DNA of 64,000 nt, from NCBI GenBank assembly GCA_051362555.1, contig CM120640.1, forward strand, positions 58,320,788 through 58,384,787. Direction: 5' to 3'. The stretch is from Lingula anatina (lineage: Eukaryota > Animalia > Brachiopoda). The notes beneath the pieces were generated by a model that was not told where the DNA came from, made no database searches, and worked only from the letters and a program-made list of their open reading frames with translations. Every line of letters begins with the position of its first letter. The stretch's first letter is position 1. Shown here piece after piece: positions 49,701-61,672 of the stretch. The translations under genes were made by a program, and so were the position numbers.

Positions 49701-51578
49701 CCCTGTTCATTCAGGACTAAAGACCTGAAAAACCAAAGATGATGATGATGATGAGTTTGTAGCATAGATAGGCATACAAATGGCTTTATGCAGGGTCTAA
49801 AAGAGATTATATAAATAATATCATTTTCACATCCTCAATCCAAACAAGCAAAATCTATTGATTTCTATTTATAAAAAACATATAATCAGTAGAAAAAGCA
49901 TTAAAAAGTTATGTTTACACCCTTTTTGTCAATGATGTTGGATGAGTACTACATGATAATCATGAGGCCATATAAACTTATATAATTTGCATGCCAAGTA
50001 AGTATGGTGGTCATTGCAAAAAAAGGAACTTTTAAACATGTAAGGGGTATAAAAAGGACACATGACACATTAGGCTTGTGAGAAAACTGGGTATATATTA
50101 AAAGAGCTGAAGACAGAGGTAAATGCAACATAAAATGTTGAAGGCAGAGATAAAATTGATTATGGCAATAACCACACTAGTTTGCTCTGTTTCCTGTAGT
50201 AGTCAGAGGACAGTTTAGCATAAAAATGACAAAAATGGTGCTAAAATTGTGTTTTGGGTGAGTAGTGTATAAACTTTCTTTTGATTTCAGTTTTAAAGAT
50301 ACACTATTCTGTGCACCATTCAGATATCACCTCAACAACAGTATGATACTTTTCCTCACTTTATATGCCCTTTAAATGAGATCTGGCTGATTGGTAAAAT
50401 AAATGGCCATTAAGTCTATTATTCCTTTGAAATTCCCTAAACTACAATAGCTCATGTGGCAGAAAATATATTTATAGCCAACTAAAAATGCTTTTAATGA
50501 AAAGAGGTAAAATGTATGTATTTCATATCACTTAACAGAAAGGGTACTGGCTGCTGTAATATGGGGTTACGCTAATGGAGGTACCTGTAGTTGTGTTGTG
50601 TCACTTTAGCATAGTATTTTTCCGTAAAAATGTACAAATTTGTGACAGTTGAAATATTTCATAAGTGTTATCATCCCATCTCCACTAATGACAAAAGAGA
50701 GACAAGTAAATGTAACCAGAAGTAGTGATCAATATGTTGTCATTCTATAGCTGCTCAAAAACGTGGGCTATCTAAAAATCATGGTTTGTATCAGTCAAAC
50801 ATGTAAGGTTAATGATCAAGTAGTTTATTATAAAATGGAAAAGGAAAAGTGAAAGCAATTTTCTCTGATTGGGTGTTTCCTCCAAAAGGCAACTCATCAC
50901 ATTTTGATCCCTTTATATGTATGAAAAATGCCCAAAATAGGTAAGTTTATGAGCATGTTAATCACAGGCTGATTAAAAAAAACAACATAAAACACATGAG
51001 AAAACATTGTCCCATCATGATTAGTTTTGGTATTGTTATCTTCATTAATCAGAAGGAAACAGCCTGACACTGAAATAAATTCAGATTGAAAGCTTATTTG
51101 TTATCACTCTCTGGGCAGTAATCATATGTGCTTGTGGAAAGAACAAATGTCATTTTCCCTACTGGATGAACAATCCTCTCAAACTATTCCTGTCAGTTAT
51201 ATTTAGACAAGGTAAAACTTTGGACATTGATACCATGGGCTAGTGATAGTATTATCTCAACATTCCTGTTCTTCTCTCTAATCTATCCCAGTTTTGCCAA
51301 TTCTCTCTTTCTTTTATTTTGGCATGTGTCAAAAACTGCTGTCTGTGATAATGAAGACTGCTAATGCATTGAAGATTGACACTTCTCCTGTCTGGGTGCT
51401 AATGATTAATAGTTGTAGATCTAAGGAGATGTTATAAATACTGTTACTGTGAGATAGATTCTCACAATATTCATAATGAAAATAAGACTTGGCATGTCGG
51501 GACAGCCGTAGACGTCCTACAATGTAACATAAAGTAATTTTGACATACCCAGCTTGTATATCCCAGTTGATTTATACT

Positions 51579-51886
51579 CAGGCCTACCCAACTACTAGAC
51601 TCTGCACCATATGATCCTGAATTCACCAGTAGATCGGACCACACTACCCGTTTTCAATGTGTGCGTCAGTACGCGCTTCACAGTATCGGACGTGACACCG
51701 CTCTTGCATAATACTCCATATGGTTGGAAAGTACGGTAGTGTATCTCATCTCAAAATTTGTTCCAGGGTATGATACTGTGAAATGCATATACGTACTGAC
51801 GCACACCTTGAAAATGGGTAGTGTGGTCCGATCTACTGGTGAATTCGGGATCATTCGGTGCCAAGTCTGGTAGTTGGGTAGGCCTG
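51579..51886. mobile_element. 308-bp MITE with about 120-bp imperfect TIRs and 5-bp TSD (hAT5-like)
   Basis: CAGGCCTACCCAACTAC...GTAGTTGGGTAGGCCTG; ATACT at 51574-78 and 51887-91. Confidence 0.85.
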
Positions 51887-52104
51887 ATACTAGTACTTTG
51901 TGGTGCACAGTGTACTTCAGATATGACCCACCTACTATTTAAGGCTTATAAAACACAAAATGGCAAATGTAGTAGTGACAAGGGTGACCTACATTCAGTA
52001 CAAAACACGTGTAGACCCCAAACGAAGACTGAGCAAATTAGCGCCAAATTATAAAAGTGGACACTTTCCAGACGTTTATACGTAGGGGACCTGATGGGGC
52101 TGTC

Positions 52105-52432
52105 AGAGGAGAAGGCAATTTTTAGCAAGGAGATCGTTTGCAATCCGATTGAGATGAGAAGGCAATTTTCATATTTCTTCAAGGGACTCTGTTTGTGGGA
52201 GATCGTTACTGATTCAAGCGAAATGAGAAAGCAGTTTTCTTATTCGTCCAATGGACTTCGTTTGAGGAAGATCATTAGCTGGGGATTGTTACTGATTCAA
52301 GCTAGACTAGATGTTGATTTTCATATCTTTAGCGGTAGATCATATGCAATCCAAGTGAGATGAGAAGACAATTTTCATATTGTTCAAGGGTCTTTGTTTG
52401 CAGAAGATCGTCACTGGGAGATTGTTACCGAT
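52105..52432. repeat. Degenerate tandem array of about 65-80-bp units
   Basis: Recurring GAGATCGTT / GAGATGAGAAG.CAATTTTCATAT / CAAGGG.CT.TGTTTG / GATTGTTAC.GATT blocks. Confidence 0.7.
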
Positions 52433-53499
52433 TATTTTAACCCCACCCCCCTTGCAATTTATTTATATATATTTTTTCATATTTACACCCCCATCACTTC
52501 TGCCAATTTTGAACAAAAGTATAGAAGCAGTGGTGAAACTCCATGATTCATTGCTGTAAAACAGCAATTCACCTTTTATAGAAATAGAAAAATCCCTTGA
52601 CCCATATCAATATCCCATCATGAATTGATAATTTTATCATATAATTTTATAAATTAAAACTACAATGTCACCCTGATATTTTTGGATAAAATATATATTT
52701 CTTACAAATATTCATATTGAAATATTCATATTGGTAGAATTTTTAAAAAATATTTTTAAAAAAATCTGGGGATACTTTTCCAGAAAAAAATATTAGCACA
52801 GGAGCAAAGCTAACACCACCACTAAGGTTAACTACAGTGATGGCTGTTGGAACAACATAGTCAAAACTCAAGTATGTGAATTTTTGACCCAGTCACAATC
52901 ATGAATATTCAAATTATACAAAATGAAGTACTTAGTATTTTACGGAACAAGACCGAAGTTTGAAGACGTGGTGTTAGTCAAATTGTTGTCAAGAAATTTT
53001 AAGTAAGGGTGATGTGGGAAGGCAAGACATTTGACATAAATCGAGTGTGATGCTGAATAATTTCAGAGGCAGACTGCATCACTTGTTTCTATATATACAT
53101 ATTTTACACCTGAGCAACTGGTTATGCCACTTGGCAAGTTGTTGGTTGTGTTTTGTGTTTCAGCTGTCTTGGACTGTCTGACTGCCATTAGTGCCAAGTT
53201 CCCATCTCTTAGATTGTAGTGAATTTCAGATGTATCGGTGTGACTCATTTTTCTCAGTTCACAGTGGAAAAAGTAAAAAAGTGTAATGCCACTCTTGGGT
53301 AAAATTTAAGTGACAAAGTTATTACTGTTGTGTGGTTTCAAATGACTGTGCCATAATTTTACCATTTGAACTGCAAAGGTTTTTAATTAACAAATAGGCA
53401 TGAGATCACAAATGGGGGTTCATAATGGTGACAGACAGTTGTTAGGATTAAAATGGAATTTAAAAATTGATCTAGAAAATATGTTAGAAGATAGATTGC

Positions 53500-53752
53500 T
53501 GTGACCATTCCCACAGATATTTGGATCGATCTATCTTCCTGGGGAATCTCACTAAATTGCTGTCAAACTAATGGGCTTAAATGTCTGTCACGTCTAGTAA
53601 AACTGTTAGGGGGTAATTATTTTTACCCTACTAGTAGCTGATTCGGTAGGCGTGACAGACATTTAAGCCTCATGTGCTGATAACAATTTAGCGTGAACCC
53701 CCAGGGAGTTATTTAGATCCAGATGGATCGATCTAAGTATGGGAACCCAGTC
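53500..53752. mobile_element. Harbinger-like MITE, same family as 12769-12982 in opposite orientation
   Basis: GATCGATCTA subterminal cores. CAATTTAGCGTGAACCCCCAGGGAGTTA is the reverse complement of about 12822-12849. Internal inverted GGCTTAAATGTCTGTCACG/CGTGACAGACATTTAAGCC; right flank TAA. Confidence 0.75.
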
Positions 53753-54972
53753 TAAGATGAAGATCACATGGTTCATTAAGGGCAAAAATCTGCCGTGCAA
53801 GAACTTGCTGCTTCAGGAGAAGTTCATTTGTGGCACATGATGTAAGAAAAAAAGCTCTAATGTTTGGTGTGATCCACTTTTTTTTTTTGGGGGGGGGGGG
53901 GGGGGTATCCCGTCAATATCTGTCATATTTGATATTTTCAGTGCATGCAGAGTATTCTTTCCTGTGTGTGCTAGATGAAAGCTTTGTGCATATGGCTATT
54001 ACCATACAGTGCATGTCCACATCCAACTATACATGACTTCCAAAATGTTTTTGAGGGGCATTTAGATTTATTTTCGTGGAGTAATTTGTGCACCGTAGTG
54101 AATTACAAAGAGCAGCCAATTTATTATAACAACAGACAATAAAGACCAATCTGGACATCTTCATAAGAGATAAAGTGAGGGATTTTTTTTAACGCAGATG
54201 ATTTTTAGGGTGGTGAGTACGTGAGACTGAGGTACTGTTCTCTTTATTAATATGGTTCTTTTTTTTTTGTCATGAAAGCAGGTGCTACATTACTACCATT
54301 TGAATTGACTTCTGTCATGAAAGGTCATCATCCACTTAGGTTCATAAACATGCTTGTAGGAAACTTAGTCCATAATCCCTTCCAGCCTCATTCAGGCTGT
54401 TTTAACGTGTGTATGTTCAAGCTATAGTTCAAACTCTTAGGCTTGACAAAATATTGCTTGGTTTCATGAGTATATAACTTCTTAGTCAAAAATCAGGCCT
54501 GCAGGCATAGATTTCAAAGTGGGATTCTTTTTCTGAAAAAGTGAACCTTTTCACTCCAACTTGGAAAAGGGCCTAAAACCTTGTTCAAATTTTGATACAC
54601 AATAGACTTGTTCCAACCAAAAAAAAAGTGTTTGCTACTTTCTAACCCCCAAACCTTCCTGGCTTATAACTATTAACATGAATTTTTAATTCCAGAAAAA
54701 TTCTGGTTCTTTCTATTGACCATCAATATAAATCCCCATACTGAAATTGATAAAACACAAAGCAATTATTTTTCACAAATCTTATTCATTGAATTAAAAT
54801 GGCTGAAGTGGGGTTGATTTCATTACATTATACACAGTCTACATTGTTAGTTGAATATGTTATTGCAGTTGTATTTGACCTCTTGCAAACTATGCACCAT
54901 TGTCTCGGTTTGAAAGCTACAGTATTATTTAGACCATTCCATTTGCTGCATTCACAACCAGTTGACCTGTGG

Positions 54973-55097
54973 ACTAACTTGTCTGGGGATCAAATATGGC
55001 GTACACTTGACAAGGCGCCATCCCAGCAATGACATCTCAATTAAGTTTCGGCACACTTTTAAATACATCGTGCCATATTTGATTGGCAGACTAGTTA
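54973..55097. mobile_element. Degenerate relative of the 55255-55428 MITE
   Basis: GACTAACTTGTCTGGGGATCAAATATGGC ... GCCATATTTGATTGGCAGACTAGTTA inverted arms resemble the neighbouring element; outer ends lost. Confidence 0.5.
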
Positions 55098-55254
55098 AAA
55101 AAGTGTTTTTCTGTTCACAGGACTAACTGATTAAGATGGATATCAACCAAAATGTGTCATTTGATATCACCTGTCTACTGGATTATATTAAAACCCAATC
55201 ATCCCTCTGGTGATGCCGAAAGATACAGTTAGGTTTCATTCAAGATAGCTCTAA

Positions 55255-55428
55255 GGCTCCATTCAGAACAGGAGACTAACTAGTCTGAGGGTCAAATATT
55301 GCTGACCCACTTGAATACTTCCCAAAGGGATATTTATCAGTGTCTGTTAGCGGATTAGATGGCAAACTTTGTAGTTGGTTGCCATATTTGACCCTCGGGC
55401 TTGTTAGTCCCCTATTCTAAATGGGACC
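55255..55428. mobile_element. 174-bp Harbinger MITE
   Basis: About 45-bp imperfect TIRs GGCTCCATTCAGAA...GAGGGTCAAATAT / ATATTTGACCCTC...TTCTAAATGGGACC; TAA TSD at 55252-54 and 55429-31. Confidence 0.8.
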
Positions 55429-55765
55429 TAACTGAAACTGTTGACAAGCTAACTTCAGGAAGCAGATACTTGAAACTTTATGCATTGTAATGCACTGTAA
55501 TCCCTCTTTAATTCTTCTTCCTCATAATGAGCTGTAGGTGGTCAATCTGAGTGATTATAATAGATTATGACATGGTCATTTGATTATGGAGAATTGAAGT
55601 TAAAATGTCCACCTCCAGGATCTAGTATTGAAATTATTTCAGCACTCTATGCTGATATGGGTGTTCAATATGGTTGACCCTTACAGTTACTAACTACCCT
55701 TCATTTTTTCTGTATTCTTATATTATTATAATTACATCAGAAAAACTGAAGCTGCTTATTGCATT

Positions 55766-55767
<2 letters not shown>

Positions 55768-55802
<35 letters not shown>
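55768..55802. repeat. (CT)n microsatellite
   Basis: Direct reading. Confidence 0.9.
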
Positions 55803-55805
<3 letters not shown>

Positions 55806-56406
55806 TTCATATTTGAGGGTCTTTGGTGTACAAACCAGGTAGGAACTTATTAGAAAGACCCTTGAGGGGTTTTAACTGTCACATGCTGTAAGCTTTGATT
55901 TATGATAAGGAGGTCTTTGTTGATTATGGGGAAGTGGCTACCCATTTTGGTTTAACCACCTGAATGACATTGGCAGTACTCGCTGTAGTGCTTTACACCA
56001 TGGTTACACTGTGTAATTTAACCAAACTGAGAGCAGCACTGAATATTATTGTTGTCTAGCTCAAGTAGCTGGTCAGCTGTTCTATGATAGAGTTACTTAT
56101 AGTAATAATACTTTATTGAGTACTGAAATGTTTACAGATTTATTTTATATTCTTTTTTTGCAGCTTATTTTTCAATACTATAAAAATTGTACCAGTTGGA
56201 AGAAATGTAAGCATGATCAATGTCATACTGAAATATCACAACACCTGACCATGTACTTACAAGCGAGTGTCCTAGGTAGAGCCACACTTCACTAGCATGC
56301 AGTTGTTTCCAGGTTGGTGCCAGTCTTCATATGATTTGTCCATGGCAGATGGTATCAAACATGGAGACCACACAGCCATGATTAGCTAGGATGATCACTG
56401 TTCCTC

Positions 56407-58102
56407 TTATTAGTACCACCAGCGTGTACGCTGGCGGTACTCATGGTTTTAGTCCCGACCCGTATCGTACGGCTCCGCCGGCTCCGTGAGCTCCGCCGGC
56501 TCCGCAGGGTGGCGTGGGATACAAGTCACCGTTACCGCTTCTCCTCCTAGACCGCATGGACCTGTGTTCCCATCTCCTGCATTTAGGTCACATATAATCT
56601 CAACTTGAACCCCCTGGTTTTTTTGTCTCAGTCGGTGCATGCGCTTGGGCGTGAGACTCGATGAAATGCACCCTTGTCAAATTTTTTGAAAATTCAATGC
56701 TATATATCTCCTAAACGGAAAGAATTATGGGAAAAATTAGTATAGAAGTCCAACCGAAAGTCATATATGAGGATTTCAAATTTGCTTTTGGATTTGACCT
56801 TTAACCTTTTTTTCAAGGTCAAACAGGCCAAAATTTTCAAAAAAATGGGAATTTTTTGCAAAAAAACTTTTATTTGTGCCGAATTTCAGAAACTACACAG
56901 AGTTTAGCACTCATATTATAGTGAGGGGATGCAATTAGGGACTCCTTTCATCTTTGGGAGTTTGAGGTCAACCGGTGCATTTTCACGGGAGAAACGGCCA
57001 TAAGATGCGGAAACTGAAAACTCTCCCTAATTCTGGAACCGTAAATGCTAGATACCTCTTGTTTTTTGCATTATGTAGAGCTTGTCAAGTGCAATACTGG
57101 AAGTGGTGTCCATATTTTTGTTTGCGATACGGTTTAGGAGTTTCGCTATATCAAAAAGCACAATTGAGCAATATTCAGTGGTGAAAATAAAATGTGAAAT
57201 ACTCCAAAAGTAGCAGAGATACAGCCATAGTTACTATTGAATCTGAATAGGAAGTCATATACTGGCAATCTTACTGTGACCTTGAAATTGACCTTCGACC
57301 TACTTTTCACCATGAACTGAACTTTGCAATTTTTCCATCCCTTATATCTCCAAAACTAGCAGAGATAAACTCATAGTTACTATTGAACTTGAATAGGAAG
57401 TCATATACTGGCAATCTAACTGTGACCTTGAAATTGACCTTTGACCTACTTTTCACCATTAACTGAACTTTGCAATTTTTCCATCCCTTATATCACCAAA
57501 ACTAGCAGAGATACACCCATAGTTACCATTGAACTTGAATAGGCAGTCACATAATGACAATCTAACTGTGACATTGAAATTGACCTTTGACCTACTTTTC
57601 ACCATGCACTGAACTTTGCAATTTTTCCATCCTTTTTTTCTCCAATACTGGCAGAAATACACCCATGGTTACTTTTGAACTTGAATAGGAAGTCATATGC
57701 TGGACATCTAACTGTCCTATTTAAATTGACCTTTGACTTTCTTTTCACCATGAACTGAACTTTGCAAATTTTCTATCCCTTATATTTCCAAATCTGGCAG
57801 AGATAGGCCTATTTTTTTCTTTCAATATTTTTGCAACACTGATAATGCATTTTAAAGAAAACCAACAAGCCTATATTGTCTTGAAAATCTGCTTGATCAG
57901 ACGATTTTCATAAAAGTTGTGCTGCTTTTTTTTTATTTTGGGCGAGGGGGCATATTTCTTGTCTTGTTTATTGCATTTTGAAGAGCTTGTCAAACACAAC
58001 ACTGGTAGTTGTTCCTGTTTGTTTTTTGGTTTTCATACGAATGCGCTTACTCCAGCTGGTGGTACAATATCCGGAGGCGGTATCGCCTCTCTGATCCTCT
58101 AG
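56407..58102 (+). mobile_element. Full-length Helentron-associated non-autonomous element (HINE; DINE-1/pearl-like architecture)
   Basis: 5' sub-TIR GTACCACCAGC with adjacent inverted copy (hairpin 56412-56441); short GGCTCCG repeats; four 146-bp tandem units (starts 57212, 57358, 57504, 57650, plus partial 57796); 3' sub-TIR GCTGGTGGTAC (58055-65); hairpin GAGGCGGTATCGCCTC; CTAG end; T-rich flanks with no TSD. Confidence 0.88.
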
Positions 58103-59414
58103 TTTGTTTTTTGTTTAGGAATTCTACATCAAAGTACTTACATTCAACATTTAGACTGAGTGTAAGGAGTATTAGGGGAAATATGGATTAACTTAGGTGT
58201 CTGAGTGTTTCAAAATCTTACAGATGTTTATCAAGGTATCAGTTGCATTTTTCAACTTTAAGAACCCTTTAAATGTTTCTTGGGTTACAGTCTTTGAAGA
58301 ATTCCCTACAATTCACTCCTGTCATGAAACCATTTGTCAGTAACAGTACATTTACCAGTAACAAAGAAAAATATTTGAAATTGCAGAAAAAATATATTTA
58401 TATTTTTTGGAATAATTTATATTTAATATATCATCACATCAGTTGTGTATGTCAAATATCATATGCGCTAAAAAAAGAAAAAGAAAAGTTTTCATGAAGA
58501 GAAAGAAAATTTTTCATGAAGGATGTTTTGGCAACAATTAAGCTTCCTATGTGTTTATTGACTTATATTGTCTATTCTAAATTATTCTTTAAAAAAATGG
58601 AATACATTCCGGTGGCAGTGATTTCGTTTTTGACCTCTCTTATTCAGAAGAATTTTGACACTTAATTAGTTATGTACCTGAAATTACCGTTTCCTGTCCC
58701 TTTTACCCTTTACATAAAGTTCATTCTGTTTGTGAATAGTGAAGTAAAAAGCAGATTGCAACTGAAACCATTCTGTAGGAAGGAAATCTGTGTGGCAGTA
58801 TGGTACTCCCTCACATTTGTTGATGTGTTTGACTAATCTATCCCATACCAGACATGTTTGGCTCAGGCTCTTCTACACTTCTGACTGAAACACCTGTAGT
58901 AGAAATCAGCAAGGGCTGTAGTGCCCCCCCCCCCTCCCTCCCCAGCCTGCTCCCCTTAATGCCATATTTCTTAAAATATTAATATCAATAGTTATAGACT
59001 ATTAGCCTAGCCACATTTGGTAAGGTACAGTTGCCTTTTAATCCAACAAAATGCCTGTCCTTTCCTCATTTGAATTCAGATTGTGATTGACAAGAAATGT
59101 ATAGATAGTAAAAAAAGTAGTGATGATTGCGAGTGTTTAGAGTGATAAATTGTATGATGTTGAAATGTCAACTTTTTATTCTTGGATGCATAATTTGATG
59201 ATGGCAAATTAAGTTGGCATGAATGATCAATGTTTGTATGGGTTTGAACTGTAGAAGTCTGCATACATTCATTATATGATTTTGCCAAGTCTTAACATGT
59301 ACAACGTCTTATGCAGGTTGAATGTACTGATGAATAGAACTCAACATAAATATAATAACCACAATAAAAGTCTGTAGTTTTGGGGGGAAATGCTGAGGCT
59401 ACAACTTATAATAA

Positions 59415-59964
59415 TACCTCGTTCTCACTACGCTCAGTTATCCGGATAAATTGCGAATTAGGTCACAATTCGAATAAATGCATTAGTGTGAACGCAAGAG
59501 GATTTTTGTAATGCGCATTTTCAAAATCCTGCAAGCGAGGTGGATTTCTAAGCGCGATCCGGATAACTTACCGGAATCGACACCTGTACAGATCTAACTG
59601 CGCATGTGTGCAGATAAGTGCGGGTATCTATGAACGCTTGTTTATTACTTTAGCGATTGCACCAAACGTATTTGGAGGTCCCCACTCACTAAACATGAGG
59701 AAACAAACTTATTTTGCCATCTTATACTTCTCAAGAATGCTGGAATGTCTTTAGAGTTGCATTTGTCGTCAAAATTTTTTTGTTTTTTTAAGATTTCATG
59801 TGCGGCGCATGCGCGAGTGTTCAAAACAGGAAGTTAAACCTGAAATTTTCAACGTGGAATTCGGATTCACTTAGCGAGTGTGAACGCAATACTGAATCGG
59901 ATTCCTCACGAAAAATCAGAATTATAGAAATGCGCATTTTGGCAACTGTAGTGTGAATGGGGTA
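59415..59964. mobile_element. 550-bp Harbinger MITE
   Basis: TACCTCGTTCTCACTAC...GTAGTGTGAATGGGGTA; TAA TSD at 59412-14 and 59965-67; internal repeated AGTGTGAACGCAA and AATGCGCATTTT; CpG-rich relative to flanks. Confidence 0.8.
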
Positions 59965-60644
59965 TAAGCTATGGATATCAGTGAAGGATATTTATTCACA
60001 GCTAGCCTATGTCAGGCTAAAAAACGCCCATATACAATTTTTCTGAAGATAAGATATGGTCAATTTACTGATGAGATATCGGTAATTTCAGGGTGAAAGT
60101 ACTATTTTTGGTTTCTGGATGTTCTCTGTAACCTAGGCACAACAAATAGCTGATACTGAGAACTGTAATATGCTTCCCCTGATTTTTAAAAAAATTCTCT
60201 GTTTACATATTATCACTAATAAACTGATAATTACACCAATTTTCAGTGGACATTGTTGAAAAAGTCCACCTTAAACCAGTATCAATATTTGAGACACTGG
60301 ATTTTTTCCACACCTTTGTAAACAGCTGTACCAGTTTTGGCTATTTTATCTGCTTTGGTTACCAAATCACATTTAGCTGAGTAACTTGGTAGCACTCTCC
60401 ACGATTTCTCCATTTTGCACTGACAATTTTATGAAAAATTGATCACTAAGGTACATGTCAATTACTAAAGATATTAATTTTTAATGCATGAATAATATAA
60501 ATCATGCTCTATCGGTGCTCAGCGTCAGTTTTTATATACAGACACTTACAGTTCTGATTGGTCTATCTGACCGTGTCGTCAATGACACTGTCGCTATCTG
60601 ATGCATGGCGTTCTCCCATAACTACCAAACTGTATTTTTGTTTT

Positions 60645-60905
60645 ACTTACTGAGTTGCTTTGTTTGGTAAAGAAGCAGGTTGCTTTCGAAAAATCAGCAT
60701 GATCCGTTTGCATTTACGGTAATTATTCTGATTTTTGGCACAATTTTTGGTGACGTTCGCCCCATAACTTCTAAATCATATTTGTGTTTTACTTTGAATT
60801 TACTGAATGGCTTTGTTTGGCAAAGAAGCAGGTTCATTTTTTTAAATCTGCATGATCGGTTTACATTTACAGTAATTATTCTTTTTTTTTTTGCACAATT
60901 TTGGT
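60645..60905. repeat. Two tandem copies of a ~150-bp-period unit, probably inside an unclassified repeat (about 60480-61040)
   Basis: GCTTTGTTTGG.AAAGAAGCAGGTT...GCATGATC.GTTT.CATTTAC.GTAATTATTCT...GCACAATTTT occurs twice. Confidence 0.75.
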
Positions 60906-61588
60906 TAAATAATTCTTGCGGTATTTGCAACCACTATTTTTACGTTCACACCATGAAATTACTAATTGAGTCATTAAATTAGCATTCACGATCACAAAAC
61001 TGGGGTTTAATTGAGTTTAATTAAGATCACGAACAGCTATTTTTTTTATAAGGCCTGTACCCCATTGTTGTTTGTTTAGATTACGGTAATGGCTCAATCT
61101 TTTAAATGGACATAAATTATCAAACTTTCAGATAATTTTATAATCGGAAAAATTTTATTTTTATATAGTATTCCTAATAAACAGGCTTTTGCAAAAAAAA
61201 AAAAAAATACTGTTAATGTTTTTTTCAATATATATGTTTACTTTTTATTCAAGTAACAAAGTAAATGTAACAAAGTGAAACAGAGATTAATGGTAATACT
61301 TTATCATAAAGTTGAATATTTTGAGAAAGTTAACCAAGTTGTTTTCACTCTTACAGTAATCATAGATGAAAAAAATCCCCATGTTAACATTTGTTTGGTA
61401 GCACCTGCTTACAATAACTGCATTGTGTGTGATGTTGAATAGAAAAAACAACTCGCCCAAACAAAGACATGGTATTCTCTTGCAATCTGTACCTTCCCTA
61501 GTTATGAGCAGGAGATTCTTGCTACTAGAGTTGTTTGTTTATCTTGGAGGGAAGGAAGTTGAACCAACTGCCTTTTTATCATTGCCAC

Positions 61589-61672
61589 CTGATTAAGTGT
61601 TCCTAGTCAGCTCTCAGAGTATTTTAACCCTGATTAAGGGTGTTCCTAGTCTGTTTTGAGAGTATTTTAACC
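61589..61672. repeat. About 41-bp tandem duplication
   Basis: CCTGATTAAG..TGTTCCTAGTC.G.T.T.AGAGTATTTTAACC occurs twice. Confidence 0.85.

Noticed and set aside
54495-54672. Possible decayed CAGGCC-ended MITE
   Set aside because: Right terminus and TSD not identifiable.
57212-57810. Regular repeats considered as a CRISPR-like array
   Set aside because: Whole 146-bp units repeat with no unique spacers, no cas genes, eukaryotic context; explained by the HINE.
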